The translations under genes were made by a program, and so were the position numbers. DNA of 64,000 nucleotides. It comes from Felis catus. Lineage: Eukaryota. The DNA is taken from assembly GCF_018350175.1 (NCBI RefSeq), contig NC_058368.1, forward strand, positions 161,264,001-161,328,000. The letters are read 5' to 3'. Shown one piece after another: positions 37,301-50,204 of the stretch. Under the pieces are notes generated by a model. That model did no database searches. It saw nothing but the letters and a program-made list of their open reading frames with translations, and was not told the origin of the DNA. Numbering within the stretch: position 1 is the stretch's first letter; each line of letters starts with the position of its first letter.

Positions 37301-37999
37301 CTTCATCTTTAGTGGTCTATAGTTTCCTTTTCCATCTCCTCTTTTCAGATTTCAGAACCCATCAAATATGGGCAAGTTAAGATGTGGTCATCTAGTGGTT
37401 TTATTATTACTGAAAATACTCAGAAAAAGAAAAGGATAGAGGATGATGATTACTTGCCAGGCAGGAAGATTATAATTTTATTTTTACTGATTTGCTAATA
37501 AGTACAAAACATTCACTTTAAGGCATTGAATATAATAATATATGTAATATGTGTGATCTGTGAAAATAATTTTTTAGTTTTACATTTTGTATTATTAGTT
37601 TTATATTATTTACATCATTTTATACTATTATACCATTTTATACTATTATTATATTACTTATTTCATTTTATACTATGTCATTTTAGACTATTTTATATCA
37701 TTATTAGTTTTTCTTTATAACCTGAGTATTTTTAGGTGGCACTTATAACATCTTCCAAAATTAATGCAACATGAAAAGGTTTAGTTAGAAGGGAAAAAAA
37801 ACCCACAACAAATGAATAATATGGTAGGAAACAATGGAGATAATTTAATTATTATAGTTGGATAAAGAATGTTATCTGTACATTTCTCTTTTTTTTTAAG
37901 TTTATTCATCTTATCTGTACATTTCTTACTAGCTAATGCAAACAGGAAAACATATTTAGACATGTCTTTGTGCTTACTGTTAAAGCTTGGACTGTTTAG

Positions 38000-38814
38000 T
38001 CATTTGACTCCTCTCATGACACACACACTGACTCATTCTGTTCTTTACCTACCTCTGCTCTGCTCTATACTTTAGGAGGCTGACACCTATGGATTGGTTC
38101 ATATAGGTTCCCTGAACACAAAGGTTATAGTGAAAGAAGAAAGGAGAGAATTTCTTTCATTCTTTTTTTCCAGTTCCCTCCCAACATCAGAACTATTTCT
38201 CTGGTTGAAGCCCCCTTGTGCCATAAGTTTATGTCCCATTAAGTAAACCCTCATCCTTGGCTCCAGCTCTTGCCGTTTCTCCTTCTTTACTTTGATTCTG
38301 AAGAGGCAGGAATATGTCTTTCTCTGTCACTTATCTCTGAATATCTCAATATTCCTTGTGCAATAGACTGAAGGATTCTGCATCCCCAAAATTCAAATGT
38401 TGAAACCTAATGCCCAATGTGATATTACCTAAACATGGGACATTTGGGAGGTGATTAGGTCATGAGGGTGGGACCATTAGTGCCATTACAAAAGAGACCC
38501 CAGAGAGATCTTTGTCCCTTCTACCATCTGAAGACTCAAGGAGAAGACTGCCATCTCGAACCAGGAAATGGGTTCTCACCACACACCAAATGTGCCAGTA
38601 ACTTGATCTTAGACTTCCCAGCTTTTGAACTGTGAGAAGTAATTTTCTGCTGCCTATAAGCCTGCAGTCTGTTGCATTCTGTTACTGCAGCCCAAACAGA
38701 CAAAGACATTTTCTTTATTTTCTTAATGCTGCTCCATCTTTAAACCATCTTTAAAGTACATCTACTTCAATGCTCTGAATGGAGTATATTTTATGGCAAA
38801 TCCTGCTTGATACA
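38000..38814 (+). mobile_element. Ancient ERVL LTR (LTR33A/LTR41-like) split by MLT1A0
   Basis: ctgctctatactttaggaggctgacacctatgga ... ends tcctgcttgataca. Confidence 0.5.
38359..38708 (+). mobile_element. MLT1A0-like MaLR solo LTR
   Basis: tgcaatagactgaa...ccccaaaattcaaatgttgaaacctaa...gggaggtgattaggtcatgaggg...cagcccaaacagacaaagaca. Confidence 0.9.
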
Positions 38815-39091
38815 AAACTTTAAAAACCTCTTTATAGCAAATAATTCATTAATAATCTATTTTATTATTCTGTAAGCAGCAGCAAAAATGTAATTAATAA
38901 TATTTTCCATTACTATTATTTAAAAATGCACAAATTGCACCCAAACACATTTTTTTTACTTTAATATCTTATAAAACCTGAGTGCATACTATTAAATCTT
39001 AACTCAGTGAAACAATTCTGAGGAGGTCGTGATGGGAGGAAAAAATGGTTTTAGGATCAAAATAGCATAGATTTGAATCCTACCTCTATTA

Positions 39092-39308
39092 AATTTTTTT
39101 TTCAACGTTTTTTATTTATTTTTGGGACAGAGAGAGACAGAGCATGAACGGGGGAGGGGCAGAGAGAGAGGGAGACACAGAATCGGAAACAGGCTCCAGG
39201 CTCCAAGCCATCAGCCCAGAGCCCGACGCGGGGCTCAAACTCCCGGACCGTGAGATCGTGACCTGGCTGAAGTCGGACGCTCAACCGACTGCGCCACCCA
39301 GGCGCCCC
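39092..39308 (-). mobile_element. Young SINEC_Fc inserted in a MIR
   Basis: Near-consensus; perfect 18-bp TSD tgaatcctacctctatta (39074-39091, 39309-39326). Confidence 0.98.
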
Positions 39309-40329
39309 TGAATCCTACCTCTATTATAGACTAACCTTAAATTTAAACAAAGAAAATTTACTATTTCTAGTTCAGTTTTATTATCTGAAGAACTTTCAAG
39401 ATTTTTGTGAAATTAGAGATAAAATAAAGAACCGGTCATATAGTTTTTGTTTAGCAAAATATAACCACTTTAAATTTGTTACTTCTTTTCTTGTAATGGT
39501 TATTGTTAATGCAGGAATTTACTCTAAAATGATATATCTCATTTGGATATAGAGAAAATTTTAGGATGTCTGAATACACAAATTCAGAAACGTATACAGC
39601 TAGGTTGATGGTTGAAGAAGAAACCAATCTTGGCTATATATGCCAAAAATACACACGGCAGGGCCACCATTCTATTAAGTACATTCAGGGGCTTACACGG
39701 AATTCTTATCAACAGCTGTGTGATTTACAGGGTCACTTTTCACTTTCTTCCTTTTGGCACATGCTTCTTTTTCAGATCAATTGAATTGATGCTACCATAA
39801 ATTCTTGCACCACAGAGAATTTAGACTCAGAAAATCTAGATACTTATTCCACTTAATCATTCATTTGGTAAAAAAAAAAAAAACAAAAACAACAACAACA
39901 ACAACAAAAAAAAAAAACAGAAAATTCCATGTCCCAAAAGGGAAACACATTCCCAAACATTGCATTAATTAAATCAGTACATTTATTGAATGTTAAAACT
40001 AATACCTGTCTCTGAGTACATCAAGTAAAACAGTCTGTTTATGCTTGAGAAGATTAGAATTATATAAGGAAGAAAAATCAACTTGAGAGATTTTTACCAG
40101 CCAAGTGAAAATTTGGTGTAAAGTATGTAATAATATTATTTTATAGGTGCAGTGGGTATGGCATTATTGATTATGTCAGGCTTCATAGCTAGAGCAGAGC
40201 TATATTCTTATAATACCCGTTACTTACCTCCCCCTTATCATATACCACTTCATCATTTTGTTGGGTTTCTTTTTCCTTTCACTGAATTCTAAAAATTTTA
40301 AGAGCAGTACTGTGATATGTATGAAAAGA

Positions 40330-41180
40330 ACACATGGAATAATTACATTCATTTAATTTCTAGCATGGCTATATCAAAATTAAAATAAATAGAAATCCTA
40401 CCTGATCAAAAATTGCCATAAACAATAAAAAATCAGAAGCAAGTAACAATAGAAGGCAAAACAAAAACTTTAACTCTTTTTAAAAGAAAAGATCAAAATC
40501 TACAATAAATAAAATGTTCTTGCAAAAGGGGAAGAAAAAGACCAAAAGGCAATAGAAAAGAGGCAAAGAATATCAAGAAAAGTCATGGAAAATGAAGTAC
40601 ATATGACTCTTAACATTAAAGCAAGGCTGACTTCAATTATCATATGTGAAATGTCAATTACATTTACCCTGAAATGGCATTTTTCACATTGCAAAATGAT
40701 AAAATCCCAAAACAGAATACTTAAGGAGGGAAATTAGATAGCTTTTATATATATATGTATATATTCAAAGGTACATACCTTTGACTGAGCAATTTCAATT
40801 TAGGGAAGTTGGCCCCAGATATGCTTATTATGTGTGCAAAATGATATATTAGGTATGTTACCTGTTGCAACATTGTTCATAGTGGTAAAGGGCAGGAAAC
40901 AGCCTGAATGTCTGTCAACAGAAGTCTGGTAAATTAAACTATGATACCCTAACATGATAAAAAATAACCTATCTGTTAAAAGGGGGTACATTTTTTTTGT
41001 AACGATGTAAGGTGATGGAGTACAGGTAACTGGACTTGGGATCATTTTGCAATATATACAAATACTGAGTCATGTTGTATACCTGAAACTATTATGTTAT
41101 TCATCATAAAACCTCATTTTTTTAAAAAGATGATAAATTTTATATTATGTATTTCTTAAAAATATTTAAGATTAAAAAAA
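40330..41180 (+). mobile_element. Old L1M 3' fragments, including an L1MA-like 3' end at ~40995-41130
   Basis: catacctttgactgagcaatttca...gcaacattgttcatagtgg; atcattttgcaatatatacaaat...gttgtatacctgaaact. Confidence 0.65.
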
Positions 41181-41214
41181 TTAAATGTTGCTACTTAAAA
41201 AATTAGGAAAAATT

Positions 41215-41392
41215 GGGGTGCCTGAGTGGCTCAGTTGGGTAAGCAGGTTAAGCATCTAACTCTTGGTTTTGGCTCAGGTCGTGATCTCACAGTTTGTGAG
41301 TTGGAGCCCCTTGTCGAGCTCTGAACTGAGAGTGAGGAGCCTGCTTAGAATTCTCTCTGTCTCTCTCAAAATAAATTTTTAAAAAACTTGAA
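41215..41392 (+). mobile_element. Can-SINE (older subtype, short CT tract)
   Basis: ggggtgcctgagtggctcag...; TSD-like aaaaattaggaaaaatt / aaaaattagaaaaaatt. Confidence 0.92.
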
Positions 41393-41534
41393 AAAAATTA
41401 GAAAAAATTCAAAACGAGGAAAATAATAGAAATTTCTATTAGTTTGCAACAGTAGATGGCATTATTGGGGGTCCAGACTCTAGTGCTATAGTATTAAAAT
41501 CTGTCTCTATCACTTTGAAAACAGTGAGATATCC

Positions 41535-41554
41535 CTCTCCCTTGCTGGGTTGCA

Positions 41555-41587
<33 letters not shown>

Positions 41588-41604
41588 AAAAAAAAAAAAA
41601 AAAA
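41535..41604 (+). mobile_element. 5'-truncated Can-SINE tail, (CT)n plus poly(A)
   Basis: ctctcccttgct...ctctctctc followed by an A-run. Confidence 0.7.
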
Positions 41605-42351
41605 GGCACAGTCTATCCTTTAAATAGAAAAATAAATTCCCTGATGGCAACAATTACTATCCCTTTGCTCTGCTGCATCCTTGCTGTCTTGTGACTTGAT
41701 TCTGAGCAACTAAATTTAGCTACAAACTTCCACAACTACAATTCTATAAAAAGTACAGGCATGAATTAAAAGAATGAAGTATATGTTTTACTATTAAGTG
41801 TACTGGGGTACAGATTATCATGTAAGGTTATCCACATTTTTATAACCCTAAGATTGGGTTATAAGATGTTTTAAATTTATTTTGAGACATTTGCAAGATG
41901 TAGGGCATAAATTTTTTTTTTTACAGTCATTTAACTTACTTCAGGCATATTCTTAATTAAGAAGCTTTATAGATAGGGATTGGAGAAGGCAAGTCCTATG
42001 CTCCCACTATCTTTTTAGTCTCGTGTAGTTTTTCTTCTGATCAAGTACAAAGCAGGAAGAGAAGAAGGAATAGTTTGCACTGTGAATAATTACAATATAA
42101 CTGAAGAAAAGTGGAATCAGAAAAGATGCCCTGACTTTTGGAGAACACTTATATCATACCTAGCCCTTGGCTTAAATATAAGAGGGGATGATAAATCAAC
42201 CTCTGACTTAAATATCCCTGCCAGTTACTGCTCTTTTCACAGGCATTGCAAGACACACTAAATTCTAAATATTCCTGCTTCATGTAGATATTTATTTTAT
42301 TTTATTTAATTTTTAATTTTTTTTTTTTTTTACTTTAAGAGTTATCCCATC

Positions 42352-42916
42352 TGTTAAAATTTCAGTTGAACTGAGAGAGGGAGCTGAGCTGCCAGGTGTC
42401 AGAATAACCAATTAAAGAAAAAAGCCAAAAAATAAGAGTTAAGCCTTTAATTGCTTAATGCAATGGTATGTGCAAGAGTCTAAAACCAGAGAAAATGCCA
42501 GCTCCCCCTGTTTAATTTTTTCCCATGGAACAGTGCACCAGTCAAGGGTCAGGTGGGATAGCACAGATGTGGGGGGGTATCTCACTGGTGACAGAGTCCC
42601 AACAAAAGGCTCTAGTAGTTTCATGGACTGTGGGATGGGGGCAAGGCAAGGGAGAAAGCTGGAAGTGAAGAAGTACTGGGCACTGATTCAGAGTGGGGAA
42701 AAGTGTCTTCAAAGTTTTCCCGACCTCCCCCATTAAGGAGAACTCTGCAGAGGCAGCTGAACATGACGTCTTCTGAGGCCTCAAACAAATAGGAGCTGTG
42801 TACCAAATCCGGTGTGGGGCGGGCAGCATCCCCAGTGAGCCCCACCAGGTAGAGCCTTTGCAATGCCTATGATGAGGCCTTGCATATAGGCTTCTAACCA
42901 AAAGCCAGACTCCTCA
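42352..42916 (-). mobile_element. Solo ERVL-type LTR (565 bp)
   Basis: TG...CA termini, perfect 5-bp TSD ccatc (42347-42351, 42917-42921), minus-strand ATTAAA at ~42446. Confidence 0.85.
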
Positions 42917-43587
42917 CCATCCTTACTTTTCGAGAAGGATATAAAAAATCATTCTCTGATCTTTTTGGTATGAAACCAAGAGGTTATAATTAGGTCAGAG
43001 CTTTAATATGTGTTTAACTGAGTCTAAAATACTATTAGGTTGTACCTTTTCTTGAACACTGAAGATTATACATCTTTGAAATGGTTTTTTAATTAAAGTT
43101 TTAGATATGCATATGCCAAGGTCACTTTATATATCTATCAATGTATGATTAATCAATAAATAATTATAGTTCAGCTACTTTATACATTTTAGTTCTTTTT
43201 AAAAAAGTATTTTATGTTTCTCATTTCCTTTCAAGGGAAAAGTCAAATTCAAATAGATCCTAAATACTCCTGTTTTAATGTTCACCTAAGGCATGAACTT
43301 TAGATAGAAAATTATAGTATGATACCAATTTGTATGCAACTTATATTATTGACTAGTAGTCCACTATTCAATTAAAGTAGCCTGAAGCAGGACAAGAAAG
43401 ATTGCAAAAATGTTTGGATTGCTGATTTGTGCAGGCACATTGCCATGTCTAGTTTTAGTGAGCTTTCCCATGGCAGTATTTATAATACAACTTCAAGTTC
43501 TAATTAGGGGAACAGCACAATAACATCACAAACTGTAGCAAATACGCCCTATTTCTGTACCTTTTATTATTGAGTTGTGTTTTCTTT

Positions 43588-43935
43588 TATCAGGTAAACT
43601 GAGGCATATTAAAAATCTTAGAGTTTATGTGAGCAAAAATCAACTCTAACCAGGCAATGCCAAACAAACTGGAAGTGGTTAGAAGCGCTCCACCAACAGA
43701 AGTTAGGGAAAGACTTTTAGAGAAGAGGTCAAAAAAAGAAAGGAAATTACTTGATTGGCTATAGCTTAAGGGGCTGCCTTATTTGGGAAAGTCCGTTCAC
43801 TGTATGTGATTGGTTGTACTTAGGTTTAAATTTCTTAAATTTGATACATTTACAGGCTTACGTTTTGATCTGCTCAGGTAGGCTGCTAAAAATATTAGGA
43901 CCACCTCAGTCTAATAGCCTCTGCTTAATTTAACA
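43588..43935 (-). mobile_element. Solo ERV1-type LTR
   Basis: Minus strand begins tgttaaattaagcagaggc; two CCAAT boxes (gattgg on plus); typical aactgaggcatattaaaa end. Confidence 0.7.
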
Positions 43936-44384
43936 GCTTCAATTAATATTTGTAATTTTGAATTACATTTTACATAAGTTTTAATTGGGATTCCTGCTTT
44001 TTTGTCAATGTACAATTGCCTGAAACATCTTTACCCATCCCTTTATTTATACCCTGTTACTAGGATTTAACCCAGTACCTAAGTTTCTAGTGGAACGTAA
44101 GTAGCTGAATTTTGTGTAATTAACACAATTGTAAAGTATAGATCTTATAACAGAAAAATCAATACCTTAAAAACATCATTAATTGATAATGTTGTTTTGC
44201 ATCCTTCTTCACTATTGTTTTTTTCTTAGTTGTTTTACTTTTTAGTTGTTACCTCTTCATTACAGGCATCTTTATGGTTTTTTGGATTGTACTTGATTCT
44301 CTTCATTCTCTTTTCTTTCCTGACCCATTAGCTTGGAAGTTTTGCAATTCTTTTAAGTGTCATCAGTATTTATCTTCTGATTTA

Positions 44385-44885
44385 ATATGACTTCCTTAGA
44401 AGAGAACATTTAAGGCAAAGGTTTATGTGCTAACACCATTGGTGAGTGCAATCTCAGGGACACAGGACCAAAAGAGAGATGAGAAGAGGAGCACGTAGCT
44501 GAGCTGGCAGAGCTCCTCGCCAAGTGATGGAAGATGGTACGTCATCTCCCCAGTTTTACTGGTGAAGTTTGCTTCATGAGGTGTCAACTCACAAGCAGTT
44601 CTGAAATACACACATCGGATACTTTGCAGGCCTCGAGACTAGAGCTAAAGGCAGGCAGCCTGGATGCAAGGCAAGACACTGTGAGCAGATACAGGAGGTA
44701 CCAGACCCACGAGTGCAGTGGTCCCTTTTCTTTAATCCCCATACTCCAGTACTTCCACCCTAGCAGTACATAGAAGCAGCTGCAGCAAACTAGCTCTACT
44801 ACCCTAAGTCATTGTCAAAATCATTTTGGCAGGAATACAAGGGAGGTGCACAGACCTGGGCTGGTACTAAAACAAATTGCTACAT
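44385..44885 (-). mobile_element. Ancient ERVL LTR (LTR16-like)
   Basis: aaggcaaaggtttatgtgct...gagtgcaatctcaggga, ends caaattgctaca; GC-richer island within an old L1. Confidence 0.5.
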
Positions 44886-45018
44886 CTCCCCATCCTAACA
44901 TGTCCTACATCACCAGTTTTTTGTTTAAATTAAATAATAACTATGAACCTAACATAAAAATGTTTAACTCCCTCAACCCTCTCTCCCATGTTAATAAAAA
45001 TCTTTAGAATATTTTATT

Positions 45019-45035
45019 ATTTTAATGTTTATTCT

Positions 45036-45102
<67 letters not shown>

Positions 45103-45226
45103 CTGAAGTAGGCTCCAGGCTCTGAGCTGTTGGCACAAAACCCGATGTGGGGCTTGAAATCATGACCTGCAAGATCATGACCTGAGCCAGTCAAATGCTT
45201 AACTAACTGAGCCACCCAGGCACCCC
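45019..45226 (-). mobile_element. Can-SINE whose CT tract has become (GT)n(GA)n on the plus strand
   Basis: SINE body on the minus strand; microsatellite 45037-45099. Confidence 0.93.
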
Positions 45227-45756
45227 TAAATGTTTTATTTTTCTATTCTTCCTCCTTACACTCCCACTCCAACTTGAGTATTTTTAGAGATTTTTTTCCC
45301 CAGTGTCTCTTTTTTTTTGCCTACTTCTAGTATTACAAATTCCAAGCCATGTAATTATCATATATTTGTATATAACTACACAATCCTAATATTAATGTAT
45401 ATAATACTTACATAAATTCCAGAGTCAATATTAGTTTATAAGTTTAATTTAATTAACATCCTAATGTTAATTTCTCAGTTTTCTTTCTACTTCTACATCT
45501 TCGATATTTTTTATGCTTCAAATTTCATTTGTTTGTAGCACTTTTTCAAGTACTTTCCTTAAACTGGGTATATGAAAGTATATTCTCTATGACTGTGTTT
45601 GCACTTTATGGTGTCTGCCCCTTAGTGAAATTTTTCATCTGTGGAGTTCACCTGATTTTTGATGGAATATTTTTCTTCATTATTTCTCCCCTTTCTTATT
45701 TTCCTTTTAGAACTTTGTTTATTCACACAGGAGTTCTCTAGATATAGCTTTTGAAC

Positions 45757-45933
45757 CAGAGCTCCCAACCTCTTTCATTTCTTTTTCATAGCATTAGCAG
45801 CAAATGGAGCAGGCTGCTCATGGTAGCAGTCTGGGCCCACTGACCACCTGAAGCCCTTTACAACTGACCCAGTGTTTGTAGGGAGTAAATATTTGAGCAC
45901 ATGTGTACCCCATCAGCTGCTTGGAACAATCTG
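45757..45933. mobile_element. hAT-Charlie MITE remnant
   Basis: TIR-like cagagctcccaacct ... gcttggaacaatctg. Confidence 0.5.
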
Positions 45934-48417
45934 ATAAAGTCCAACAATTCTAAAGTTCTTCACTCAAGATTTTCACTTATCGTATTTCTTTCATATTGAT
46001 GGTATTTCTTCCTCAACAGTAGTCATGGTCTTTGTTTGCTTGTGTGAGTGATTTCTTTCAATTTGGAAATCATATTTTCTGACTCCTGAAGGATTTTGGA
46101 GAAAGGGTTGGCTATAAGTGCCTCTTTTTGAAGATTATTAATATTTCTCTGAAATCCTTCTCTACTTCATCACTTTTGCCCCCGCAAATTCCACTTGTCT
46201 AGGCTTTTTGGCTTGGTCTTCATCCGTCAAGTTACTATGACTATTATTGGTATTTTTCTTTTGATTATTCACAATTTGGTGTTCCCACATTCCTCATTCA
46301 GGTGAACTATTGGGTTCTCTCCAGCAGTGGCAAACCAACAAGAGGAAAAGGCCTCACGCTTTTGTTCTGGCTGGTCAGGTAAGCTGTGAGTGGTCTACTG
46401 AGGCACAAAGAGAAGACGTCTCCCACTTCTTAGTCCTTCACTTTACAATGGGCAGACAGACAGCCCTCTCTCAGTCACATGGACCACATCCCCCGGAGTG
46501 TACTCCCATTGCATGTCTACTAGACCTGCAGGGTTAGGTTAGGCTGTTCTTATGACCATGTGCAAGAAGGTGCATGCAAACATCTGAGGCCTCTTGAAGA
46601 TGGCTGAAAACATACCCATTTCACCTCAACTGTTATATCTGACCCCAATGATCAGTCTCATTTCTTCCAATGTAACCTCTTCACTGGGGCTTTGCCATAT
46701 CATGTTATTGTATTTTAAGTCTTGTCCCAAGTAACCCCCATATAAGGACACATTCTTTCCATAAGTTCAAAATCTCAAAATGGAGTCTACATGTAAATAA
46801 ATGATTAAATTATATTGTGAAATGTATAATAGAAACCTGCACAAGAAACAGAAGAGTAATTAATTCTTTTTGAGGCTGGGCCAGAGAATCTTAACTAATG
46901 AAATGGCACCTAACCTGGTTTCAAAGAATAAGTAGAATTTTGGGGTGGGGAAAATACAATTAAATTATATTGTTACCATTAAGTAATATTAATTAGAATA
47001 CTAAAAGATATTATTACATTTTAGATGATAGGAAACCACCAAATGTAGTTATCATTTATGTATTAAAACATGTAACAAATAAAGTAGCAAATAATCTTTT
47101 CCATCTCAGTTAAGGTATATTCTGTGTGGCAATATATATTACAAATTGCTGCATTTTTATTCAATGACTAATATGGTAAATAATTCTATAATGAGTAACC
47201 AATAACTATAAAGCTGACTTAATTCATAATTATTATATCTCTCTTTAGCCAAATGGAAATTTTTATAGTAGGCCAGTATACTGTAAATTCACTCCTCCAG
47301 ATTTCTTTATAATCTATACAATGATAATTACGTGAATTATAATAGTAAATACCACTAGATATCCTTTTAATAATAAGGATTATGAGCTATTTGTATTATT
47401 TTTAGGCTGTTTTTATAGTTCCCTAAATATTGTTTGGTCTTAAGTAACTCCATCAAGTGGACAAAATTATTCTTACACTGAATAGATCAGCAGACAAATT
47501 ATAGATTAAATTCACAGAGCATATTTAAGTGGTAGTTTCTCCTGTTATCATTTGGCTTGATTCCTTGCTCATTCTGGAAGTGAGAAAGTATTCCTGAAAA
47601 CTAAATGGCTGATCCTATTCACTTTTATATACAAGTGTGGTTCTGGATAAAAGAAATAACCATAGTAAATATGAATGGAAAGTGACAATAGTGGCATAGG
47701 GTGACCTGATTTTGTATGTGTTTATGGGCCTATAAAGTCTAGGATGTAGTTTCTTGGTTATTTTCATTATTACAGACTAGACAGGGGAGAAATTATCTTT
47801 AGTGTGCTGTTTCAGAGCATGAATCACACTTTACAAGCCATTCTTGTCAGCCTATAATGTAAACTAATCTTCTAATAAGACACTGTGTCCTTTCATATAG
47901 TTCACTGAAGTGCATAGTGGTTTGAGCATTAATAGAAAATGATTATCTTTCCCTGAGGTGACCTTTTAACCCAAAAAACAGTCCAAGTTCATCTGTATGT
48001 TTTACTGGTATGTCTATTAACATTGTTTTTAAGGAGTAGAGAGTTATTATGAGCATTATTGAGCCAGATTTCCATTATAAAATAACAACAAACAATTTTT
48101 ATGGTATAAATAGTCTTTGACTGCCTACAGAGCTAAACGTGAATGACTGGGGGTGAGGCAACATCTATTTCACCCAGAACACCTGTCTACAGTGTATAAC
48201 CACAATAAATAAGACTTTATATTTCCATTTGTTTTCTGTTTTTTAAAGGTGAGCCCTCTGTGGTTCCTTGAAAATGATGATACTACCCCTCAGTGTGTTC
48301 GACAAGGAAAATAACTTGTACTCATATATTTTAATTTTGTCCTCCCTGCTTTCATATAATCCAATTTGCTATAAATCATAGAGCTTTTTTTATTTGCACG
48401 AAATACAGCAACATACC

Positions 48418-48443
48418 ACACACACACACACACACACACACAC
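48418..48443. repeat. (CA)n microsatellite
   Basis: Directly visible. Confidence 0.95.
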
Positions 48444-49986
48444 GACATTCATACTCAGCTACATATAGTAATAAGAAATAGGATATCTAAATAGCATTTA
48501 GGGAATGTAAAAATTAATTCCTAAATAACACTAGAATTAAATATAAATAAGTTTTCTAAATTGTTTGATATAGTTTATTTTCTTAAATGTTTCAACATAT
48601 TCTTTAAGCTTTTATGTGAACTATTACTATTATTTAAAATCCATTTTCCTAAGTACAGGATCTTGTGCCCACAATCACTGTTTTAGTTAAAATTCTTAAT
48701 TAAGAGTGTCAAACTGACCTTCAATGAATTCTTTTGGGCTGTTATGTCATAATATGAATTAGATGACTTTTTATCTATTGAAGTCCTGATTTCCACTTTC
48801 AGGAATACAGATAGTGGCATGAAGAAAACAGAAATGGCAATAACATGTTAAATAGCTATATAATGCATTCATACAAACAACTTATAGTTACTTATTGATT
48901 GTTTACAGCTCTTTAACTTTTGAGGGGTTCTACACTCCCCCACCTCCTTAGACTTTTATACTTGATTAAAAAGAAGAATTCTCATCCTTGCTTATTGACT
49001 TCCATCTGTACACCTCACAGTAATGCAGTTGGACTGCTGAATACAGATCAGGGTTGAAATTCCTGGGTGCCTAATAAATTACAAACCTACCTCATACCCA
49101 CTTAATTGTCAGAGGCTTTAATTTAGTACATCTAACTGATTATAAAGAATAGATTATTTTACTAAAATAACACAGACATATTTTTCTTCCAAAAATGCGG
49201 ATTCTCACATACAGTTGTGAAATAATGTTGGCCAGTTTACATTCTTCACTCTGTATACATTTGTTCCTTTTAGGCAACATTGAAGCCCTGTTATGGTTGT
49301 TCTGCACAGCCCCCATATCATGCTATAGTTGTTTGAGAAAAAAGATTCAGTACAATCTATGCCAATGAAGCTTTGATAATCAGGCCAATCACCTAATTAC
49401 AAGTTTGTATTTCTATTCCCACTGAGATGTGCCAATTAAAAAGATTCGACTTTAATTCCAAACAACATATTAGTCCTAATTACCTGATGCATGTACTGCC
49501 TGCTTTGAATTTTTTAACCCTTTATGTATTTGTGTGTATATACATATTTAATTCGTGGTCTGTAAAGTATTGTGAATAGCAAAGTATATCTATATCTTCA
49601 GCTATAGACCATGGTTTCAAAAATGAAGCTGATTCTATCCTTTCAAAACAAGCTATTGTCATTATTCAGGTAACCTGGATTGTAAAAATAACCACCATGG
49701 ATCATTGGTCCTGAAGGAATTACTTAAATTGGTTGTCCCATTCACCATGTCAAAAAAAAAAAATGCATAAACCTCTGTTTCAGTTCATGATTGACATCAC
49801 TGCCTTAAGTAAATTAAGTCATTTGAAATATTAACAAGGTGATGCATGTATATATTGGCTACACTCACTTTGAGCATATTGCAAGTTAATCCCATCACTT
49901 GTAGAAACTATTGTGTAGTTTATTTGCATAGTAAGAGCTAATTGGTTAGTCAGAGTCTAATGGACAGTTATATGAAATCTATTATA

Positions 49987-50114
49987 GGGGCGCCTGGATG
50001 GCTCAGTCAGTTAAGCGTCCAACTCTTGATTTCGGCTCAGGTCATGATCTCATGGTTCATGGTTACGAGCCCCATGTCAGGCTTTGCACTGACAGCACAG
50101 AGCTTATTTGGGAT

Positions 50115-50145
<31 letters not shown>

Positions 50146-50204
50146 CTCCCCCACTTGTTCTGTCTTTCTCTCTCTCTCTCAAAATAAATGAACTTAACAA
50201 AAAC
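49987..50204 (+). mobile_element. Can-SINE (older subtype)
   Basis: ggggcgcctggatggctcagtcagttaagcgtccaactcttg...; TSD aaatctattata. Confidence 0.96.

Noticed and set aside
37451..37472. Similarity to the U1 snRNA 5' end (tacttgccaggcaggaagat)
   Set aside because: Only ~20 nt with several mismatches, no continuation and no TSD; probably chance.
39566..39800. 72-aa ORF MSEYTNSETY... in unique sequence
   Set aside because: No recognisable homology or splice context, and ORFs of this length are expected by chance.
40221..40310. Minus-strand exon ending in a perfect GAG|GTAAGTA donor
   Set aside because: It overlaps an L2-like 3' fragment, the acceptor is weak or ambiguous, and the peptide is not recognisable.
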